This document shows positions 50,665 through 57,408 of a DNA stretch of 57,408 bases, piece after piece. The notes below the pieces were generated by a model, which saw only the letters and a program-made list of their open reading frames with translations, was not told the DNA's origin and ran no database searches. Source of the stretch: Chromera velia (taxonomy: Eukaryota); NCBI GenBank assembly GCA_018398765.1, contig JAHBMJ010000089.1, positions 1 through 57,408 of the forward strand, written 5' to 3'. The translations under genes were made by a program, and so were the position numbers. Every line of letters starts with the position of its first letter. The first letter of the stretch is position 1.

Positions 50665-53073
50665 AGAGAGAGAGAGAGAGAGAGAGAGAGTGAGGGTGTG
50701 TGAGTGAATGTGTGTGAGGGTGTGCATGTGTGTGTATGTATGTGTGTGTGTGAGAGAGAGAGAGAGACAGAGAGAGAGAGAGATACAAACTTTTCATATT
50801 TTTTTACTTCTTGCAGGATGGGCGATGCCGTCTTTGACGATGTCATGCAAGTGAGGAACAACTGCTGGGCGTACGTCGACCCGATCGAAAGCAGGAAGAA
50901 GACAAAGCAGAAGTACAACAGTGCAGGAGCCGTTGCAACCCGTTTCGAAAGGGACGCCATCGTAAGACAGGAGAAGAAGGACGTCAGTCTCTTTTTTTTT
51001 CTTTTTTTTTTTTCTTTCTCTTCTCTCTTTCTCTCTTCTTTTTCGTCCTTCGCTCTTTTCTTCGTTCCTTTCTTCCATTCTTTCCTCATTCGTTCTTCAT
51101 TCTTTCATTCATTCATTCATCCATGCATTCCATTTTTTTCTTTTTTTTGCAGGCCGCTCGTGCAAATTTTAATTTAAAGTGATAGAGGAGGACGAGAAAC
51201 GAGATGCAGAGCAAACACTTGTAGAGAAGAACGCCAAGCAGCTTCGCGATAACCAGTCCTGCTTCAAGAGGAAGAGGCAGGACAAGGACGGCAAGAACTT
51301 GAACGTCAACAAGAACACAAAGAGCAAGATGAAGGGTGACGACGTGTACAAGGAAGATCCTGGAAGGTTTCCACCTCTAAGGACTCGAGTCGAGATCACA
51401 GGAACGTCATCGTCCAACCTGATAGGTTTTAAGGCCATCGCTGTGATCACCTCGTACCGCGTTCAGAAGAAGGGCCAGTATGTCTTGGTGAAGTTCGAGT
51501 CGTGCACCACAGTGGGCAATTTTGAAAGCGCCCACTGGGGAGGCGCCGACCAAGCTGGTGAGGGGCAAGCCAGTAGAGCTGAAAGTTGAAGACTATGCGA
51601 AGTCTACACACGTTTTCGCATTCTCTGAATGGGCGAGCGACTACGTCTTCAGAGTCCTGACCGCCGCCGCCTCCGAAGTGTCCCCCTCCTCTGACGAGCA
51701 CAAACGAGTCCGACCCCTACACCGAGTCGGGCAAGTTTGATGCTGACAAGTATGTGCACCTTGGGTGCAGTGACGTGATCCACACCAACTGCATTTACAC
51801 GTTCTGCAGCAGGCCTTTGTGTTACAAGCATACTCATGACTCTCGTTGTTGTGAGTATGGCGCAAGGAGTGCGTGCCAGTGCCGACAGTGTGTGCCCGAT
51901 TCCGTTTGGGAGTCGATAGGGGGGGGGAAGCGGGTTATGCCCAAAGTGCACTGCCAGACAAGGGTCGTGATTGACTCAAGTGATGATGAGAAGCGTGCAG
52001 GTGCAGCCACTGTGAGTGCAGGTGCAGCCACTGTGACACAGTGTCGAGTGACAAGGGCAGAGGCTCAAAGGCAGCAGATCAGGCAGCAGAGAAAGAAGAA
52101 GTGGGTCCTGGAGGAGAGTGAAGATGAAAAGTGATTTTCGTTCGATACCCCCTGTTTCGTCTCCCTCCATTTGTCTGTTTGTCTGTCTGTCTGTCTATTG
52201 AGACTCTGAATGCGCAGGGAGGAGAACGGAAGAGGGGGAGGAGGAGTGAAGGGAGGCCTGGGGGAAGCGGCGGGAAGAGCATCTTTCGTTTGATGCCCCC
52301 CATTTCGTCCTCTCCGTTTGGCTGTCTGTCTGTCTCAACATACACGAATTTATGTGTGTAAGGTGGGGCTTCTCTCTCTCCCTCTCTATAACTAACGAAT
52401 TCCTTCTACAGGAGAAGCAAAGAAGCAGCGAGCATAAGCCTTCTTTCCTGCTTGTTCCGTGTGTGTGTGTTTCATTCATGCGTCAGATCGCACGAAGGAG
52501 AAAGTGCAAGAAGCAAAGAAGCAGCGAGGATGAGCCTTCTTTCCTGCTTTTTCCGTGTGTGTGTGTTTTATTCATGCGTCAGATCGCACGAGGGAGGGAG
52601 TGTGTGTGTGTCACCAGCCTCTGTGCAAGTCAGTGTATCGCATCCGACTCGGCATGATCCGAGTCCATTGTCCGGCCGACCGATTCCGACGTGGCGACGC
52701 ATCTGTTGCCATGTATTGCCATGCAGCATGCATCGATCTGATTCGATCAGCCTCAAGAGCATGCATCCTCGATTCATGGAAGCAAACAGTTCTACATATG
52801 GGTTTTATGCCTCAATTCATAGACCGTTCTAGAAGACAGAAGTCGTGGAACAATCAAAAAAGCTAGAAAAGACTTTCTTAATTTTAATTTATCATTATAT
52901 TTTGTTTATTTTGTTTTATGAAGTGTGTTTAAATGATATTATAACATCAGACTACATGTGATTTTTAAGTTTGAGAGTCATTTAGGTCGGTACCGAAAGA
53001 TCCGATCCGAAATCCGATACCGACCCCCCCTCTGGTACCGAGGTACCGAAAGTGCCGAGACTTAACAACACTG
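49488..53073 (+). mobile_element. hAT-type element with BED finger and non-transposase cargo
   Basis: TIRs CAGAATTGTTAAGTCCCG / CAGTGTTGTTAAGTCTCG (reverse complement). Perfect TSD ACGCGGCT at 49480-49487 and 53074-53081. TCGGTAC/GTACCGA subterminal repeats. Confidence 0.9.
50103..52134 (+). pseudogene. Degenerate multi-exon gene: BED zinc finger, basic region and Cys/His-rich C-terminus
   Basis: SPIYRYFKRFSPSEAKCLLY...GSTSLIWHHLERIH (BED finger). Introns at ~50605-50817 and ~50983-51152. Cys cluster at 51745-51895. Frameshifts present. Confidence 0.6.
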
Positions 53074-53168
53074 ACGCGGCTGTAAATCCTTGGCAATGCT
53101 CAGGCCATCTGGGCCTGGCACCCGGCCTGCCCATACCTATGCCTCCGCCTGCGTCTCCTCCTCGGTTC

Positions 53169-53202
<34 letters not shown>

Positions 53203-53211
53203 ATGCTGCTT

Positions 53212-54825
53212 CTATGGTTGCTGCTGCTGCTGCTGCGGTTGCGCTTGTGGCTGTGGCAAGCCTTCAAGGAAGAGACGGATCGGTGAGTCTGGTATTCTCT
53301 TCCTCTTCGCAAGTGCAAGCGCAGTCAGTCCGTTGTTGTCCACAGCATGTACATTGATGCCGTGGGATACGAGCATCTGAGCAATGCGGAGCTGTTTGTG
53401 GGGGTCGACACGAAACAGTGCGGTCTGAGGGCGGAACTCGGCAACACAATGCAGAGCAGTCCAGCCATTCACGGCCGTACTATTCACGTCTGCGCCGGCT
53501 TCCACGAGCAGCTCTGCGACGTCTGCAGAACCCCAGAAGGAGGCCTCGAGAAGAATCGGGGTCCCGTGGTTTGACACCGCATTCACGTCTGCTCCCCGAG
53601 CTATTAGAATTGCAGCAATATCTCTGTAGTCGGTAAGCGCAAGGAAGCGGGGACTGAGTGTGAATAACAGGGCACAGAAGGCCGGTTGCCCGACTCCGTT
53701 GGCCTCAGCCCCGCGGTCAAGAAGGAGCTCAACCGCTTCCCTCTGACCGCACGCAGCGGCTTCGTGAAGGGCAGTGCGTCCGGTTGCACTCCTCGCCCCT
53801 ACCTCAGCGCCCTTCTTCAGAAGAGCCGACATGAGGTCGACCAAACCGTGTGTGGATGCAATATGAAGGAGGGTCTTACCGTATCTCCCAGTGAGATTCG
53901 GGTCTGCCCCCCAGACAAGCAGAAACTTTGCAACGTCAACCTTATGAGCGCGACACGCCCTGTGCAGTGCTGTCTCCCTGGTAGCATCCTTGACGTCAAT
54001 ATCGGCCCCTGCCCGGAGCAGCAGCCAGACTGCTACCAGGTGTCCAGATTCAGCCGCTGCCCCCAGCGCTGTGCGGCCGTGCACCACTCCGTCCATATCA
54101 CTCCCTACAAAAAGGAGGAAAAGAAAGTCATCAGGGTCCCCTGATGTCAAGAAGACAATCAGAGCTTTGCACAGCGTCTCGGCAGATACTGCTCGGAAGG
54201 AGCGAAGGACTGTGCCGATTTGCCGCTTCAGAAAAGTTCGAAAGATCGTCAGATCGACCTGGAAATTGAACGAAATCAGCTTATCCAACCGTTTCGACAC
54301 TCTCTTGTGCACCCTCTCTACCAACTCACGCAAGCGGCACAGGGCGCGTGCAGCTGCCTCTCTTGTGACCCCGGAAGGGAGGCAAGCGGAAGGAAACAAA
54401 TCGACTCGGAAAGCAGAATGAGAGTTGATGGTTTCTTTCCCTGACTTTCTCTTTCTGTGGATTTCCTCCGCAACATCCCGGAGGATGCCTTCGAGCCGTT
54501 CGATTTCGGCCTCAATCGTGCTGCGAAAGAACAGACGCCTCAGCCTGACGGCAGCTTGCTCGAGAAGGCGGACAAAGTCTGCTTTAAGCTGCCACCCGAG
54601 AATTTCACTCAGCTTCACACAGACGGCTCTCCTCAGTCCGTCCGGTCCGTCTACCAACTCGCGTATCTGCTCGAAGGCAGCCGTCTCCTCTGCAGAATGA
54701 GCGCGAAGAGACGAGGACGAATGTCGAACTTGGGATTTGATTGCAGAGAGCAGTCTCCTCTTTTCACCCATGTCTGAGGCAACTGCAACAAGGGCATCTT
54801 CCACCCTCTCGGTTTGCTTCTCCAT
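53212..54825 (-). CDS. Ankyrin-repeat protein, ~537 aa, single exon, helical N-terminus and polyQ tail
   Basis: Open frame with repeated GxTALHxAA..G...V..LL..GADVN units (about 7-8). First in-frame ATG at 54825; the frame is open to 55032. Confidence 0.88.
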   Translation of the reverse strand: MEKQTERVEDALVAVASDMGEKRRLLSAIKSQVRHSSSSLRAHSAEETAAFEQIRELVDGPDGLRRAVCVKLSEILGWQLKADFVRLLEQAAVRLRRLFFRSTIEAEIERLEGILRDVAEEIHRKRKSGKETINSHSAFRVDLFPSACLPSGVTREAAARALCRLRELVERVHKRVSKRLDKLISFNFQVDLTIFRTFLKRQIGTVLRSFRAVSAETLCKALIVFLTSGDPDDFLFLLFVGSDMDGVVHGRTALGAAAESGHLVAVWLLLRAGADIDVKDATRETALHRACRAHKVDVAKFLLVWGADPNLTGRYGKTLLHIASTHGLVDLMSALLKKGAEVGARSATGRTALHEAAACGQREAVELLLDRGAEANGVGQPAFCALLFTLSPRFLALTDYRDIAAILIARGADVNAVSNHGTPILLEASFWGSADVAELLVEAGADVNSTAVNGWTALHCVAEFRPQTALFRVDPHKQLRIAQMLVSHGINVHAVDNNGLTALALAKRKRIPDSPIRLFLEGLPQPQAQPQQQQQQP

Positions 54826-55944
54826 GAGGGCGAGCTTTTCATGAGAAGTTGACTTCTGGCTCAGTCTGACAAGTGACTCTGACAGATTCTCTGGGTACAA
54901 ATTGGCAATACTTCTGCGTGTTCTTCCCAGACCGGGTACGGCCGGGCGTTTATTCCGTCTTGTTGTTTTCGTATCAAAGGATGCTGGTGACTTCAATCTG
55001 ATGCATGGACATTGAATGAAGTTCACACACAATTTTAAGGCACGTCAGATGATCGTCAGATGCACGTCAGACATCGTCAGACTGCGTCGTATCCGCGTCG
55101 TCGAAATTTTTCTGTCTCCATGCATATGCATGCAATCGCGGACCTATGCGGACCTCCCATCAAGATTACGCGTGTCTAAATACTTTTAGTCACGCAAATG
55201 ATAGAGGGGTTGCTTTTACATCAGGGAGGCACAACATTTTAATGATGATTGAGGTTTTTGTTATGCATGCCGCGTCCCCATATATGAGGGGCGGATCTAG
55301 CCTAGTCTATCAAAAGGTTCCGGTTCGTCCCGTCTGTTCTGAATCTAGGAACACTGCTCATTGATCACTTTTACTGCGGCTTATTTCTCAAGCGGCGGTA
55401 GAGTAGGACTCGGAGAACAATGAAAAGAGGGGAGATGCAGGGCAAAAACTTTCTAAAAGTTTGTTCCCTTGGCAAAGGCTACCCTTTGACGGCGGAGAAC
55501 AACTTCAAAGAGACCCTCCCCATTAATTTGCCCCTTATTTTCTCAACCTTCTTTTCTTCCTTTCCTTTCATGCGCTTGCCCCCTTTTCTTTTTTTTTTTC
55601 CTTCTTCTTTGTATACAAAGAATCAATCACAAAAGGATCGCTTAGTTTGCGCCTTCCGAGGCGAAAGACCCGGGGAGTAGCACAACATTTTAATGGATGT
55701 TACTCTAACTTATAAGGTGTATAGTTCGTTTCCTTTATATATTTGAAGTAGAACTACTAAAAGTTTTAATTTTCAGGGTCACTTCTACAATCAATGTTTA
55801 CATAATCTCATAAAAAGTTTTGATACTGTTTTGTTTATTTCACGTACAAGGAGACTCAGACGTCGTCTCTTTGACCTCCACTTGATTCGTACACCCCCTT
55901 ATTCCACAGAGCTGTTTACATGTGTCACATTTTTAAAACAAGTG

Positions 55945-57130
55945 GAAATAAAAAAGGAAAGAAGAAGAAGGAAGGAGAAGGAAGGAAGTAGAAGAAAAGA
56001 AGGAAGAAGAATGAAAGAAGTTGAAGGAAAGAAGGAGAAAGGAGGAAGGAAGGAAGGAAGGAAGGAAAGAAGGAAGGAGAATGAATAAATGAATGAATTA
56101 ATGAATAATTGAATGAATGAATGAATGATTTTAGAATGAATGAATTAATAAATGAAGGAAGGAAAGGAAGGAAGGAAGGAAGGAAGGAAGAAAGGAAGGA
56201 AAAAAGGAAGGAAGGAAGGAAAGAAGGAAGGGAGGGAGGGAGGGAGGGAGGGAGGGAGGAGAGAGAGGAGGAAGGAAAGAAGAAAGGAGAAAGAACGAAG
56301 GAAGGAAGAAGAAAGAGCAAAGGAAGGAAGGAAGGAAGGAGGGAAGGAAGGAGGGAAGGGGAGAAGGAGGGAAGGGGGGAAGGAGGGAAAGAGAGATGGA
56401 GATAAGGAGGGAAGGAAGGAAGGAAAAAAGGAAGGGAAGGAGGGAAAGAAGAAAGGGAGGAAGGAAAGGAAGGAAAAAAACAAAGAAGCAAGGAAGAAAG
56501 GGAGGAAGGAGGGGAGGAAAGAAGCTTAAGGAGGGAGGGAGGAAGGAAGGGAGGGAGGAAAGGAGGAAGGCAGGAAGGAAGGAAAGAGGGAGGGAGGAAG
56601 GAAGGAAGGAAGGAAGGAAGGAAGGGGAGAAGGAGGGAAGGGGGGAAGGAAAGAAGACAGAAAAGAGAGGAGGAAGGGGATAGGAAGGGAAAAGAAGGAA
56701 CTTTAAAGGAGTGGGGGGAAAGGAAGGAAAAAAAAAAATTTTAAGTGAGTTTTAAGTGAGAACGGAAGAAAAAAAAAAGGAAAGAAGTGGGAGAAGGAGG
56801 AAGGGGAAACGGGGAGAAGGAGGAAGGAAACTAGAGAAGAGAAGAAGCAGGGAGAGAGGAAGGGATTTGAGGGAGGGAGACATAGGGAGACGACCAGGGG
56901 GAGGAAGGAGGGAAGAAGGGGAGAGAGAGAGGGGGGAAAAAAGTTATTGAAGAAGGCTAAGAAGAAGGGAAGCAAGGAAGAGAACATAAGAGAGCAAGGA
57001 AGAAGGGAAGGAGGGAGGGAGGGAGACGGCCAGGGGGGAGAAAAGGGGAAGTAGAGGAGGCCTGGGAGGAGGGGAAGAGGGGAGGAAAGAAAGAGAGGGA
57101 AGAGAGAAAGGGGAAACACGGAGCGGCTGG
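55945..57130. repeat. Polypurine (GGAA)/(GGGA)n low-complexity tract
   Basis: Direct reading; almost entirely purine on the plus strand, with a short (TGAA)n block. Confidence 0.95.
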
Positions 57131-57408
57131 AGAGATGAGAGTTGAGCAAAGGAGAAGAGGGGAGACGTGTTGAGGGTGGTTGGAAAGGGGAGTAGAATGG
57201 AGGAGAACTGAGGAAAACACTTCGGGGAATTGCAAGAAGGAGTCCTGCCTGCACAGACAAATGCAAACGGCGAGACGACTTGCATGTATGGTCTCCAGCT
57301 GTCCACCTTCCTGCGAACTGACTGTACTAACAATTGAAACCTTTGTACTGAAAAGTGACTTTGAAAAATTTAGTTTTTAAAACATTAAAATAGATAGTTT
57401 GACCTTTA

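Overview
Eukaryotic nuclear DNA with many introns, microsatellites and transposons. Intron style, plastid-targeting signals and gene types suggest a photosynthetic alveolate, probably a chromerid such as Chromera velia (inference). Three intact host genes can be built by hand: a 7-exon plastid/thylakoid-lumen cyclophilin (minus strand), a head-to-head 10-exon CAMK-like kinase with DFD in place of DFG (plus), and a single-exon ankyrin-repeat protein (minus). Most of the rest is decayed repeat. It includes four DNA elements with terminal inverted repeats (TIRs) and 8-bp target-site duplications (TSDs), three of them with hAT coding remnants, a Penelope-like retroelement between 363-bp direct repeats, a foldback element, tandem arrays and several stop-riddled pseudogenes. 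The strongest signal is a RIP-like mutation pattern in repeated DNA. The two 363-bp repeats differ at 15 sites: 14 are transitions and 10 are CpA/TpG versus TpA, while most CpGs survive. The same change recurs in TIRs, TSDs, nonsense codons and conserved Cys-to-Tyr substitutions. This suggests a repeat-directed CpA hypermutation process in a non-fungal genome.
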